From an uncultured Thermoleophilia bacterium (GTDB lineage: Bacteria; Actinomycetota; Thermoleophilia; UBA2241): a stretch of 64,000 nt of DNA. Positions within the stretch are counted from its first letter, which is position 1. The number at the start of each line of letters is the position of its first letter. The stretch is from assembly GCA_963814545.1 (NCBI GenBank), contig CAWFDC010000011.1, forward strand, positions 208,928-272,927, written 5' to 3'. The notes under the pieces were generated by a model. It was not told the DNA's origin, ran no database searches, and saw nothing but the letters and a program-made list of their open reading frames with translations. Positions 1 through 8,415 of this stretch are shown here, one piece after another. A program made the position numbers and the translations under genes.

Positions 1-779
1 CCATCGGCGTTCTTGAGCTGCGTGCTGACGAGCCCGGTCTCCTTGGCGTAGGCGTACTCGACGTAGCCGATCGCGCCCTTGAGCTGCTGCACGCTGGCGG
101 CCACGCCCTCGTTGCCCTTGCCGCCGACGCCGGTCGGCCAGGCGATCTCCTTGTCGCCGCCCAGCGTCCAGACGTCACCGGCCGCGGCCGCGAGGTAGTT
201 CGTGAAGATCCAGGTCGTGCCCGAGCTGTCCGAGCGGTGCACCACGTTGATCTTGGTGTCGGGGAGCTTGACGCCGTCGTTGTCGGCGGCCAGCGCGGGG
301 TCGTTCCACTTGTCGATCTCGCCGTTGAAGATCTTGGCGACCAGCTCGGCGGTGAGCTTGAGCTCGTTGTTCTCGACGCCGTCGAGATTCACGACGAGGA
401 CGACACCGCCCACGCACTGCGGCCACTGCGTGAGGCCGGCGGCCTGGAGCTCGGACGGCTCGAGCGGCGCGTCGGAGCCGCCGAAGTCGACGGTCTTGGC
501 CGAGATGGCGGAGATGCCGCCGCCGGAGCCGATCGACTGGTAGTTCAGCTTGACGCCGGTGAGGCTGTTGTACTCATTCCCCCACGCCGAGTAGAGCGGA
601 TAGGGGAAGCTCGCCCCGGCGCCGACGATCGAGTTCGCCGTCTCCGCGGCGGGGACCCCGCTGTCCTCGCTACCCTCGCCTTCATCGCCGCACGCCACGA
701 GCGCCAGCGCGAAGACCGCGAGGAGCACTGCGAGAGCGGCGGCCGCGATCGTGCGCCACCGGCGACTGGACTTCCTCAT
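1..779 (-). CDS. pstS: Phosphate ABC transporter substrate-binding lipoprotein PstS (C-terminal end runs off the window)
   Basis: Reverse-strand translation from ATG near 779 reads MRKSSRRWRTIAAAALAVLLAVFALALVACG (lipobox), then ANSIVGAGASFPYPLYSAW, TVDFGGSDAPL and INVVHRSDSSGTTWIFTNYL, the PstS phosphate-binding signatures. RBS AAGGAAGG lies upstream. The ORF is open to the window edge and so is absent from the ORF track. Confidence 0.85.
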   Translation of the reverse strand, partial: MRKSSRRWRTIAAAALAVLLAVFALALVACGDEGEGSEDSGVPAAETANSIVGAGASFPYPLYSAWGNEYNSLTGVKLNYQSIGSGGGISAISAKTVDFGGSDAPLEPSELQAAGLTQWPQCVGGVVLVVNLDGVENNELKLTAELVAKIFNGEIDKWNDPALAADNDGVKLPDTKINVVHRSDSSGTTWIFTNYLAAAAGDVWTLGGDKEIAWPTGVGGKGNEGVAASVQQLKGAIGYVEYAYAKETGLVSTQLKNAD

Positions 780-926
780 CCTGACCTTCCTTTCTCCACG
801 TTCCATGACCCGGAACTACGGCAGGCGCCGCACTCCGGAGGGCAACGCTACCGGCGTCGAGTTAGGGTTCGGTTAGCGCGCGGTCAACGGTGGGCGAGAC
901 GTGGCGCGGGGCCGTGAGGCAGGGCG

Positions 927-2723
927 CTAAGAGGCGGGGTGACGGCGCGGCAGGTGGATCCTGAAGGTGCTGCCGCGGCCGACGACGCTGTCGACCGAGA
1001 CGCGACCGCCGTGGACCTGCGTGACGTGCTTGACGATCGAGAGGCCGAGACCGGTGCCGCCCAGGTCGCGGCTGCGTGCCTTGTCGACCCGGTAGAAGCG
1101 CTCGAAGAGACGCGGCAGGTGCTCGCGCGACACGCCCTGCCCCTCGTCGCTGACGGCGATCACGACCTCGCCGTCGTCGGGCGCCGCGGTGACGCGCACC
1201 GTGGTGCCGTCGGGGCTGTACTTCACGGCGTTGTCGAGCAGGTTCACCACGGCCTGCTCGAGAAGCGGCGGGTTGGCGTCGACGTACATCTCCCGGGGGC
1301 ACTCGACGAGCAGGGTGATGCCCTTCGCCTCCGCCTTGGGGGCGCAGACATCGACGGCGACCGAGAGCACATCGCCGAGCCGCGTCTCCTGAAGATCCAT
1401 GCCCGCTCCCTTGCCCTCCTCGAGCGAAGAGAGGGCGAGGAGATCCTCGATGATCGAGTTCAGACGGTCCGCCTGCCCGGCGATGATCTTGAGGAAGCGC
1501 CGCGCCGCGGCAGGGTCGTCGATGGCGCCGTCGACGAGGGTCTCGGCGAAGCCCTTGATCGAGGTGACCGGCGTCTTCAGCTCGTGCGAGACGTTGGCCA
1601 CGAAGTCGCGCCGCACCGCCTCGAGGCGCCGCAGGCGGGTCACGTCGTTCAGGACGACGACCGCGCCCACGATCTCGCCTCCCTGCGCGTGCAGGAGCGC
1701 CCCGCTCGCCTGCAGGTACTGGTCGCGGCCGCCGACGTGGACGGCCAGGTCGACCTCGACCGGGCCCTGGCCGGAGACGGCGGCCGCGACCACGCGCTGC
1801 AGGTCCGGGTTGCGCACCGCCTCCTCGATCGCCGCTCCCTGCACCTCGACGGGGTCGACGCCGAGCAGCTCGGCGGCAGCCGTGTTCAGCGTGAGGATAC
1901 GAAGTTCGGGGTCGACCGCCAGCACGCCCTCGACCATGCTCTCGAGCACCGCCTCGCGCTCGTTGCGCTCGCGAGTGATGGCGCCCAGCTTCTCGTCGAG
2001 CTCGTCCGCCATGCGGTTGAGACTCTCGGCCACGCCGGCGAACTCCTCGGTCGCCGGTACCGCGAGCTTGAGCGTGAAGTCGCCGGCGGCGAAGCGCTCG
2101 GCGCCCTCACGCACCTCGCGCATCGGCCGCGCGATGCGCCGCGAGACGTACCAGCCGATGACGGCGGCGACCAGGGCGACGAGGACGGCCGTGAGCAGGA
2201 TGGAGCGGGAGAGGCCGTCGACGGCGTCGTCGACGCGACTCAGGCTCATCGCCGTGCGCACCACGGCTACCACCCCGCCGGCGCCCTCGACGGGCACGGC
2301 CACGTACATCATCTCCGTGCCCAGGGTGGCGCTCTCACGTGTCGCGCGCCCGACATCGCCGCTCACCGCCGCCTTGAACTCGGGGCGGTCGCTGTGGCGC
2401 TCGAGCTCCCCGGGAGCCGCCCGCGACTCAGCGACGACCTCGCCGACCGGGGCCCCGGGCAGTCCGTTCGAGATGACCGTGATCCGCGTGCCCGAGACTT
2501 CTCCGAGCCGCCGCACGGTCACCTGCACCGCGGCCTCGTCACCTGCCTCGAGGAGCGGCTCGATCTCGTCGCGCACCAGCGCGGCCCGCGCCTCGAGCTC
2601 GCGCGCCGTCTGGTCGCGATGGAAGTCACTGACGCTGCGCAGGGCGAAGAAGCCGACGCCCGCCGTGCAGAGCACGACGATGATCAGGTAGGTCAGGTAG
2701 ATGCGCCAGAAGAGGTGGCGCAT
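927..2723 (-). CDS. phoR: Sensor histidine kinase, PhoR/SenX3-like (TM, HAMP, PAS, HisKA, HATPase)
   Basis: The 927..2909 ORF contains the H-box VSHELKTPVTSIKGFAETL plus N/G1/G2 ATPase boxes (LLDNAVKYSPDGTTV, DEGQGV, GGTGLGLSIVK). The likely true start is MRHLFWRIYLTYLIIV at ~2723, leaving a 2-nt gap to the upstream regulator stop. It sits downstream of an OmpR-type regulator and next to pstS. Confidence 0.8.
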   Translation of the reverse strand: MRHLFWRIYLTYLIIVVLCTAGVGFFALRSVSDFHRDQTARELEARAALVRDEIEPLLEAGDEAAVQVTVRRLGEVSGTRITVISNGLPGAPVGEVVAESRAAPGELERHSDRPEFKAAVSGDVGRATRESATLGTEMMYVAVPVEGAGGVVAVVRTAMSLSRVDDAVDGLSRSILLTAVLVALVAAVIGWYVSRRIARPMREVREGAERFAAGDFTLKLAVPATEEFAGVAESLNRMADELDEKLGAITRERNEREAVLESMVEGVLAVDPELRILTLNTAAAELLGVDPVEVQGAAIEEAVRNPDLQRVVAAAVSGQGPVEVDLAVHVGGRDQYLQASGALLHAQGGEIVGAVVVLNDVTRLRRLEAVRRDFVANVSHELKTPVTSIKGFAETLVDGAIDDPAAARRFLKIIAGQADRLNSIIEDLLALSSLEEGKGAGMDLQETRLGDVLSVAVDVCAPKAEAKGITLLVECPREMYVDANPPLLEQAVVNLLDNAVKYSPDGTTVRVTAAPDDGEVVIAVSDEGQGVSREHLPRLFERFYRVDKARSRDLGGTGLGLSIVKHVTQVHGGRVSVDSVVGRGSTFRIHLPRRHPAS

Positions 2724-2725
2724 CC

Positions 2726-3427
2726 TCAGTCGTCCCGCAGCCGATACCCCACGCCGCGCACCGTCTCGATGTAGGCGCCGCAGGGGCCGAGCTTGCGCCG
2801 CAGGGAGACGATGTGGACGTCGACCGAGCGGTCGGTGACGAAGCGGTCGGCCACGTAGACGTCGTCGCCCTGCGCGGCGTCGACGATCTGCTGGCGCGTG
2901 AAGACCCATCCGGGCCTGCGGGCGAGGAAGACGAGGATGCGGAACTCGGTCGCCGTGAGGTTGACGGGTACGTCGCCGGCGAGGACCTCGTGCCGGCCCG
3001 GGTGGATGATCAGCTGCCGCACGCGCAGCACGCCGCCCTCGTCGGTCGACTCGGTGTCGCGCCGCAGCACCGCCTTGACGCGGGCGGTGAGCACCCGCGG
3101 GCTGAACGGCTTGGTGACGTAGTCCGACGCCCCGAGCTCCAGCCCCGTGACGATGTCAGCCTCAGTGCCCTTGGCCGTCAGCATGACGATGGGGATGTGG
3201 CGCATCGTCGGGTCGCTCTTCATGCGCCGGCAGACCTCAAGGCCGTCGACACCGGGGAGCATGAGATCGAGGACGACGGCGTCGGGCAGCTTCGTCCGCG
3301 ACGCGGCCAGCGCGTCCTCGCCGGAGGCGACCGCCACGACGGTGTAGCCCTCCTTGGCGAGGTTGTACTTGACCAGCTCGAGGATGTCCTCTTCGTCGTC
3401 GACGACCAGCACGGTCTCGCGTGCCAT
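2726..3427 (-). CDS. phoP: OmpR/PhoB-family response regulator, PhoP/RegX3-like
   Basis: Receiver domain LVVDDEEDILELV ... DAVVLDLMLPGVDG ... TAKGTEADIV with a winged-helix C-terminus (RVGYRLRDD). It is tightly coupled to the kinase. Confidence 0.85.
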   Translation of the reverse strand: MARETVLVVDDEEDILELVKYNLAKEGYTVVAVASGEDALAASRTKLPDAVVLDLMLPGVDGLEVCRRMKSDPTMRHIPIVMLTAKGTEADIVTGLELGASDYVTKPFSPRVLTARVKAVLRRDTESTDEGGVLRVRQLIIHPGRHEVLAGDVPVNLTATEFRILVFLARRPGWVFTRQQIVDAAQGDDVYVADRFVTDRSVDVHIVSLRRKLGPCGAYIETVRGVGYRLRDD

Positions 3428-3549
3428 CCTTCAGCTCCTTGACGCCCGGCAGTGATCCGGGCGAGCCTATCCCCGACAGGTTAGCGTTTCGTGAGCCCCT
3501 TGGCGACAGCGAGCCGGTCGCCGGCGGCCGCGCCGAGCAGGGAGAAGGC

Positions 3550-4911
3550 ATGAGCGAGCGCAGCGACGTGGTGGTCGTGGGCGGCGGCGTGATCGGCGCC
3601 TGCGTGGCGCAGGCGCTGGCGGCGAGGGGCGCCGCCGTGACCCTGCTCGAGCGCGAGTCCGAGGTGTGCCCCGCGGCCAGCGCCGTGTACGCGAACTGCG
3701 GGCTGCTCGTGCCCAGCGAGGTCGAGCCCCTGGCTCACCCGGGGGCCCTCGGCCAAGGGCTGCGCTGGCTCCTCGACGGGTCGAGCCCGTTCTACGTGAA
3801 GCCCCGGGCGAGCCTCGAGCTGGCACGCTGGCTCTGGCTCTTCCGCGGCGCCTGCGCGCCCGAGGTGGCCCGGAGGCACGCGCCGCTGCTCCACGAGCTC
3901 AGCGAGGTGAGCGCCGCTCTACACGACGAGCTCGCGGCGGACGGTGGCGCCGACGGCAGCGGCGGCGGCCGTGAAGGCGGCGGCCGCGGTGCAGGTGACG
4001 GCCTCGCGGACTGGCACTACCGCCGCAACGGCTGGCTGTTCGTGTACGAGACCGCCGCCGGGATGGCCGCCGCCGAGGTGGCGGCGGCCGAGACCCGCGC
4101 CCTCGGGGTGGCGGTGGAGGTGCTCGCGGCGGACGAGGTGCGCGAGCGCGCGCCCCAGGTGCGCCCCGGCAGCGTGGTGGGCGGCGTCCTGACGCCTGAC
4201 GACGGCCACATGGACCCCGCCGCGTTCACGCGCGCGATGGTCGCACGCGCGCGGCGGGACGGGGCCACGGTCGTGACCGGGGCCGAGGTCTACGGCTTCG
4301 AGACCGGCGGCGGGCGGGAGTCGGGAGCCCGCCTTGGGTGCGCGGGCGGCGGACACGTCCGCGCCGTACGTACGACGCGCGGCGTCTTCGGCGCCGGCCA
4401 GGTCGTGGTCGCCGCCGGGGCCTGGACGCCGATGCTGCTGCGCGAGCTCGGCCTCCGCCTGCCGATCGAGCCCGCCAAGGGCTACAGCATCGACGTCGCG
4501 CGACCCGAGGGCACGTCCGAGCTGCCGCTCTGCGTCGGCGAGGCGCACGTCGTCCTCACGCCGCTCGGCGACGCGCTGCGCCTCGGCAGCACGCTCGAGC
4601 TGGCCGGCTGGGACATGCGTCTGCGACCCAGCCGGCTGGCCGGCCTGCGCCGCGCGGCGGCGCGCGTCGTCGGCCTCCCCGAGGACGGACCCGTACGCCA
4701 GGTCTGGCGCGGGCCGCGCCCGCTGACCCCCGACGGCCTGCCCGTCATCGGGCGCAACCCGCGCCATCCGAACGTGGTGCTCGCCACGGGCCACTGCATG
4801 CTGGGGCTCTCGCTGGGGCCGGTCACCGGCCGGCTGGTCGCCGAGATGTGCGCCGGCGTGACGCCGTCGCTCGACATCGCCGCCCTCGCGCCGACCCGGT
4901 TCAGCCTTTAG
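3550..4911 (+). CDS. FAD-dependent oxidoreductase, D-amino-acid dehydrogenase / glycine oxidase family
   Basis: N-terminal Rossmann motif VVVVGGGVIGACVAQALAARGAAVTLLE. ATG at ~3550 is preceded by GGAGAAGG. C-terminal HCMLGLSLGPVTGRLVAE is typical of DAO family. A Gly-rich insertion (GGADGSGGGREGGGRGAGDG) is present. Confidence 0.7.
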   Translation: MSERSDVVVVGGGVIGACVAQALAARGAAVTLLERESEVCPAASAVYANCGLLVPSEVEPLAHPGALGQGLRWLLDGSSPFYVKPRASLELARWLWLFRGACAPEVARRHAPLLHELSEVSAALHDELAADGGADGSGGGREGGGRGAGDGLADWHYRRNGWLFVYETAAGMAAAEVAAAETRALGVAVEVLAADEVRERAPQVRPGSVVGGVLTPDDGHMDPAAFTRAMVARARRDGATVVTGAEVYGFETGGGRESGARLGCAGGGHVRAVRTTRGVFGAGQVVVAAGAWTPMLLRELGLRLPIEPAKGYSIDVARPEGTSELPLCVGEAHVVLTPLGDALRLGSTLELAGWDMRLRPSRLAGLRRAAARVVGLPEDGPVRQVWRGPRPLTPDGLPVIGRNPRHPNVVLATGHCMLGLSLGPVTGRLVAEMCAGVTPSLDIAALAPTRFSL

Positions 4912-5034
4912 GCAGCCCGGTCCCCGCGGCCCGCCCCGGTAGTCCGGCCCCGGCGGCCCGGCTGCGGCGCGAGCCGGGGCGCCCGCTGGGGTCCGTGCCC
5001 GCCCAGCCCCGCTCTCGGGGCGGCGCCGCAGCGC

Positions 5035-5721
5035 TCAGCCGAGGATCGCGGCCAGGGCGCGGCGCCAGTCCGAGAAGTCCTCGAAGACGTGGTCGGGATC
5101 GTACGCCGCGAGGTCCGCGACAGAGTGCCGCCCCGTCGCCACGGCGATGGCCTTGACGCCGAGCGCGGCCCCGCATTCGACGTCGGCCGGCGTGTCGCCG
5201 ATGACGACGATCTCCTTGCCCATGAAGCGCCGCCCCGTGAGCTCTTCGGCGCGCCGTACGGCGACCGCCGGCAGTTCCGGGCGCAGGCCCGAGTCGGACC
5301 CGTAGGCGCCGAGCGCGAAGTGCTCGCCGAGCCCGGTCGGCGCCAGCTTGATCGCCGCCCCCTCGGCGATGTTGCCGGTCAGCAGCCCAAGCACGACGTC
5401 GGGCTCGGCCGCCAGCGCGGCGACCAGCGCGGCCACGCCGGGCAGCGTGTCGGTCCGCCCCGCGCCGACCTCGTCGGCGAGAAGCCCGACGTACACCTCG
5501 AGGCACTCCTCGAGCCGGGCGTCGACCTCGTCCGCGACGGCGCCCCAGCGGGTCGCCAGGTCGCGGATGATGGCGGGGTCCGTGCGGCCGTGGAACGTGT
5601 AGCCGTCGAGGCCGCCGCTCACCCCGAAGACACGCTCCAACGCCGCGTAGATCGCGCGGCCGCCGGCGCCGTGGGCGTCGATCAGCGTGCAGTCGATGTC
5701 GAAGAGGACGAGGCGATCCAT
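5035..5721 (-). CDS. HAD-superfamily hydrolase, phosphoglycolate phosphatase-like
   Basis: Start MDRLVLFDIDCTLID carries the HAD motif I DxDxT. Later motifs KEIVVIGDTPADVECG match motifs III/IV. The M at ~5721 is more plausible than the ORF-track start at 5832. Confidence 0.75.
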   Translation of the reverse strand: MDRLVLFDIDCTLIDAHGAGGRAIYAALERVFGVSGGLDGYTFHGRTDPAIIRDLATRWGAVADEVDARLEECLEVYVGLLADEVGAGRTDTLPGVAALVAALAAEPDVVLGLLTGNIAEGAAIKLAPTGLGEHFALGAYGSDSGLRPELPAVAVRRAEELTGRRFMGKEIVVIGDTPADVECGAALGVKAIAVATGRHSVADLAAYDPDHVFEDFSDWRRALAAILG

Positions 5722-5841
5722 GCGCTGAGACAGTAGAGCCGCCCCGTCCCCGAGCGTCAACCCGTCACGGCGGCGAGCGCGTCGTGGTGCGCCGAGACCG
5801 ACCCGCCCGTCGGGCCCGGCCGGGACGGCCACCGGCCTCTT

Positions 5842-6247
5842 TCAGCCCTTGACGAGCAGCAGCGGGACGGAGCTGTGGTGTCGCACGTGCTCGGCCGTGC
5901 TGCCCAGCACGAGACGCTTCGCCCAACCGTGGCCGTGCGTCGCCATGGCGATGAGATCGGCGCCGAGCTCCTCCGCCTCGCGCACGATCACCTCGCCGGG
6001 CTCGCCGGCGACGAGCAGCGTCTTCACGTTCACGCCGCGGGCGCGCAGCTGTCTCGGCGGCGCGCTCGATGTCGCGCTCGGCGTCCTCGAGCTCGCAGGC
6101 GCGCTCGTCGCGGGTGTGGAAGTGCGCCACGCGCAGCAGGGTGACCTCAGCGCCGCACACCGACGCCAGCTCGGCCATGTGCTCCAGCACCGGCTCGTCC
6201 GTCCGGGTCCCCTCGACCGGAACGAGGATGCGCTCGTACAGTCCCAT
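5842..6247 (-). pseudogene. Universal stress protein (UspA family) interrupted by a 1-nt indel near 6052
   Basis: The N-terminal half MGLYERILVPVEGTRTDEPVLEHMAELA...DIERAAE is in one frame (5765..6247 ORF). The C-terminal half RQLRARGVNVKTLLVAGEPGEVIVREAEELGADLIAMATHGHGWAKRLVLGSTAEHVRHHSSVPLLLVKG is in another. The junction gagAcagctg has one extra nucleotide. Confidence 0.7.
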
Positions 6248-6251
6248 CGCC

Positions 6252-7541
6252 TCAGCCTCCGAAGACGGTCTGGTAGAGAAGGAAGACGTTCAGTCCGATG
6301 ATGATGCCCGCCAGCACTAGTCCCGTGACCGTCTGCACAGGACCCATGCGCTCGGCGCCCATCACCCGCCGGCTGCGCGACAGCCAGAGCAGCGGCAGGA
6401 TCGTGAACGGCAGCTGGATGCTCAGCATCACCTGACTGGCGATCAGCGCTCGGTACGTGTCGACGCCGAGCACGATCACGAACATCGCCGGCAGCGACGT
6501 GGCGATGAGCCCAATCCGGTACGCGCGGCTGCGCGGGTCTTCCGGCTTGCCCAGGTAGCCGGTGACGACGTTGGCCTCGGCCAGCGACGACGTGATCGAC
6601 GAAGCGAGGCCCGCGACGAGCAGCGCGAGGCCGAACATGAAGCGCGCCAGCGGACCGACGAGCGGCTCCAGCGTCTCCGACGCCTGCTCGATGCTCGTCA
6701 CCTCGGCGCCGTAGCGGTAGAAGACCGCCGCCGCGACGATGATCATCGCCGAGTTCACCAGCCACCCCATGCCCATGGCCAGCGTGGTGTCGATGAGCTC
6801 GAAGTTCATCACCCGCCGGCGCCGCTCCGGGGTCAGGTCCCAGTCCCGCGACTGGATGACGTTGGAGTGCACGTAGATGTTGTGCGGCATCACGATGGCG
6901 CCCAGCATGCCCAAGGCGACGAAGATGCTGGCGCCGTCCAGCGACGGGACCACCCAGCTGGGCGCCGCCGCCGCCCAGTCGGGGTCGACGATGAACAGCT
7001 CGACGACGTAGCAGCCGGCGATGATCGCGAGGAAGACGACGATCATCCGCTCGAGACGGTGGTAGGCCTGCCCGAGGATGGCGAGGAAGACGAGGCCCAC
7101 GGTGATCGGTGCCCCCAGCCAGAGCGGGATGCCGAAGAGGAGGTAGAAGCCGAGGGCCGCGCCGAGGTACTCGGCGATGTCGGTGGCGATGCAGGCCAGG
7201 ACGATGGTCACGCCGGCGACCCAGACGACTGGCCGCGGCAGGTTGGCGCGCACGTTGACGGCCAGGGAGCGCCCCGTGACGATGCCGAGCTTCGCCGAGA
7301 GGTGCTGCAGGAAGATCAGCATGAGCGTGCTGAGCGAGACGACCCAGAGCAGGTCGTAGCCGAACTCGGAGCCCCCGGCGATGTTCGTCGCCCAGTTGCC
7401 CGGGTCGATGAACCCGATGGTGACGATGAAACCGGGCCCGAGGTAACGCAGCAGCTCGCGCGAGAAGAGGTCGTGCAGGAAGCCCCCCGCCGGCGGGCCG
7501 GGGGGCGGGCTCACGGCGGGTTGTCCGGTACGGTCTGTCAC
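6252..7541 (-). CDS. mntH: NRAMP-family divalent metal (Mn2+/Fe2+) transporter MntH
   Basis: The intact 429-aa ORF has the NRAMP signature GPGFIVTIGFIDPGNWATNIAGGSEFGYDLLWVV and roughly 11 predicted TM segments. Confidence 0.85.
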   Translation of the reverse strand: MTDRTGQPAVSPPPGPPAGGFLHDLFSRELLRYLGPGFIVTIGFIDPGNWATNIAGGSEFGYDLLWVVSLSTLMLIFLQHLSAKLGIVTGRSLAVNVRANLPRPVVWVAGVTIVLACIATDIAEYLGAALGFYLLFGIPLWLGAPITVGLVFLAILGQAYHRLERMIVVFLAIIAGCYVVELFIVDPDWAAAAPSWVVPSLDGASIFVALGMLGAIVMPHNIYVHSNVIQSRDWDLTPERRRRVMNFELIDTTLAMGMGWLVNSAMIIVAAAVFYRYGAEVTSIEQASETLEPLVGPLARFMFGLALLVAGLASSITSSLAEANVVTGYLGKPEDPRSRAYRIGLIATSLPAMFVIVLGVDTYRALIASQVMLSIQLPFTILPLLWLSRSRRVMGAERMGPVQTVTGLVLAGIIIGLNVFLLYQTVFGG

Positions 7542-7666
7542 GCCGGTCCTTGATTCGCGGCAACTCTACCCCAAGCGACGGCGCGCGAGATTGAAAGAGC
7601 GGTGGTCGACGGGCCGTCTGAGAGGCCGGCCAGAGCCCGCGGCGCGACGAGTTCGAACACTGTGAC

Positions 7667-8062
7667 GTGATCGTCGTCGGCCGGCAACGCGTGCGGGCGG
7701 TCCGGGACCGCGTCGTCTCGACCGACGAGGCCGCCGGTGTCGCCGAGGTCTTCAGGGTACTCGGCGACCCGGACCGCTGCCGCCCGACCGTGACGCCGAT
7801 CGAGGCCGGCGAGCTCCGCGTCTGCGACATCACCGCCACCTGGGACATGACAGAGTCCGACGTGTCGCATCATCTGCGACTGCTGCGCGACCACGGCACC
7901 GTCAAGGGCCGGCGAGGGGGCCTAATGGTCTTCTGCTCGCCTGACGACGACCACATCAGCCTCTTGCCCAGGCCGGCTCGCGACCACCTGCGACACGGAG
8001 AGGACGCGTCGTGGGCGAGAACCCGCAACAGGACAAGGCTGCACTGCGACGGCGGCGTGTAG
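7667..8062 (+). CDS. ArsR/SmtB-family metalloregulator, degenerate C-terminus
   Basis: VFRVLGDPDRCR...ELRVCDITATWDMTESDVSHHLRLLRDHGTV is a match to the ArsR HTH with the CVC-like metal site. It is divergent from mntH. The TAG stop at 8060-8062 is in the same frame as the downstream ATPase fragment. Confidence 0.6.
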   Translation: MIVVGRQRVRAVRDRVVSTDEAAGVAEVFRVLGDPDRCRPTVTPIEAGELRVCDITATWDMTESDVSHHLRLLRDHGTVKGRRGGLMVFCSPDDDHISLLPRPARDHLRHGEDASWARTRNRTRLHCDGGV

Positions 8063-8329
8063 CGCCGGGAGATCGAGAGCCGTCACCGCGTCGTCGGGCG
8101 GCCCGAACTGCCCGGCGCGGCCGACGACCCGCGCCTGCACGAGGCATACGGCAGCGTGGCCATGGTCGGCGACGGCGTCAGCGACGCGCCAGCCCTCGCC
8201 ATGGCCATCAAGACCGTATCCCGCGTGTTCGCCCCGTTCGGCCTCACGAGCCCGCGGCGCGCAGTCTTCGCCACCATGGGCACGTCGCTGCTGGTGACCG
8301 CCAGCGGCCTGCGGCTGGCCCGCGGCTGA
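8063..8329 (+). pseudogene. Remnant (C-terminal ~90 codons) of a heavy-metal P-type ATPase
   Basis: The translation HEAYGSVAMVGDGVSDAPALAMA is the P-type ATPase hinge motif GDGxNDxPAL. It is followed by FGLTSPRRAVFATMGTSLLVTASGLRLARG, which resembles the final TM helix. There is no N-terminal domain, phosphorylation site or ATP-binding domain, and the frame continues from the ArsR ORF across a TAG. Confidence 0.6.
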
Positions 8330-8354
8330 CGTCGCCGAGTCACGGCACGAAGAA

Positions 8355-8384
8355 GGGGGAGGGCGCCATCCGGCGCCCTCCCCC
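8355..8384 (-). terminator. Perfect GC hairpin GGGGGAGGGCGCC-atcc-GGCGCCCTCCCCC downstream of PHP gene A
   Basis: A 13-bp perfect inverted repeat lies 30 nt after the 8416 stop. A U-rich tract TTCTTCG follows on the reverse strand. A paralogous hairpin follows gene B. Confidence 0.6.
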
Positions 8385-8415
8385 TTGGCTCAGTGCTTCG
8401 CTTGGTGAGTCGTGC

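Noticed and set aside
237-917. Long + strand ORFs (237..917, 202..543) across the pstS region
   Set aside because: They are antisense shadow ORFs typical of 72% GC DNA, with Arg/Gly/Ala-rich low-complexity translations. The reverse strand encodes an unmistakable PstS.
939-2774. 611-aa + strand ORF overlapping the histidine kinase
   Set aside because: The translation is compositionally biased (D/R/G/A/V-rich, no motifs). The opposite strand carries all kinase boxes.
5842-7848. 668-aa reverse ORF spanning Usp, mntH and beyond
   Set aside because: It is a frame artefact. Only its extreme C-terminus (Usp C-half) is real, and the rest is the -1 frame of mntH.
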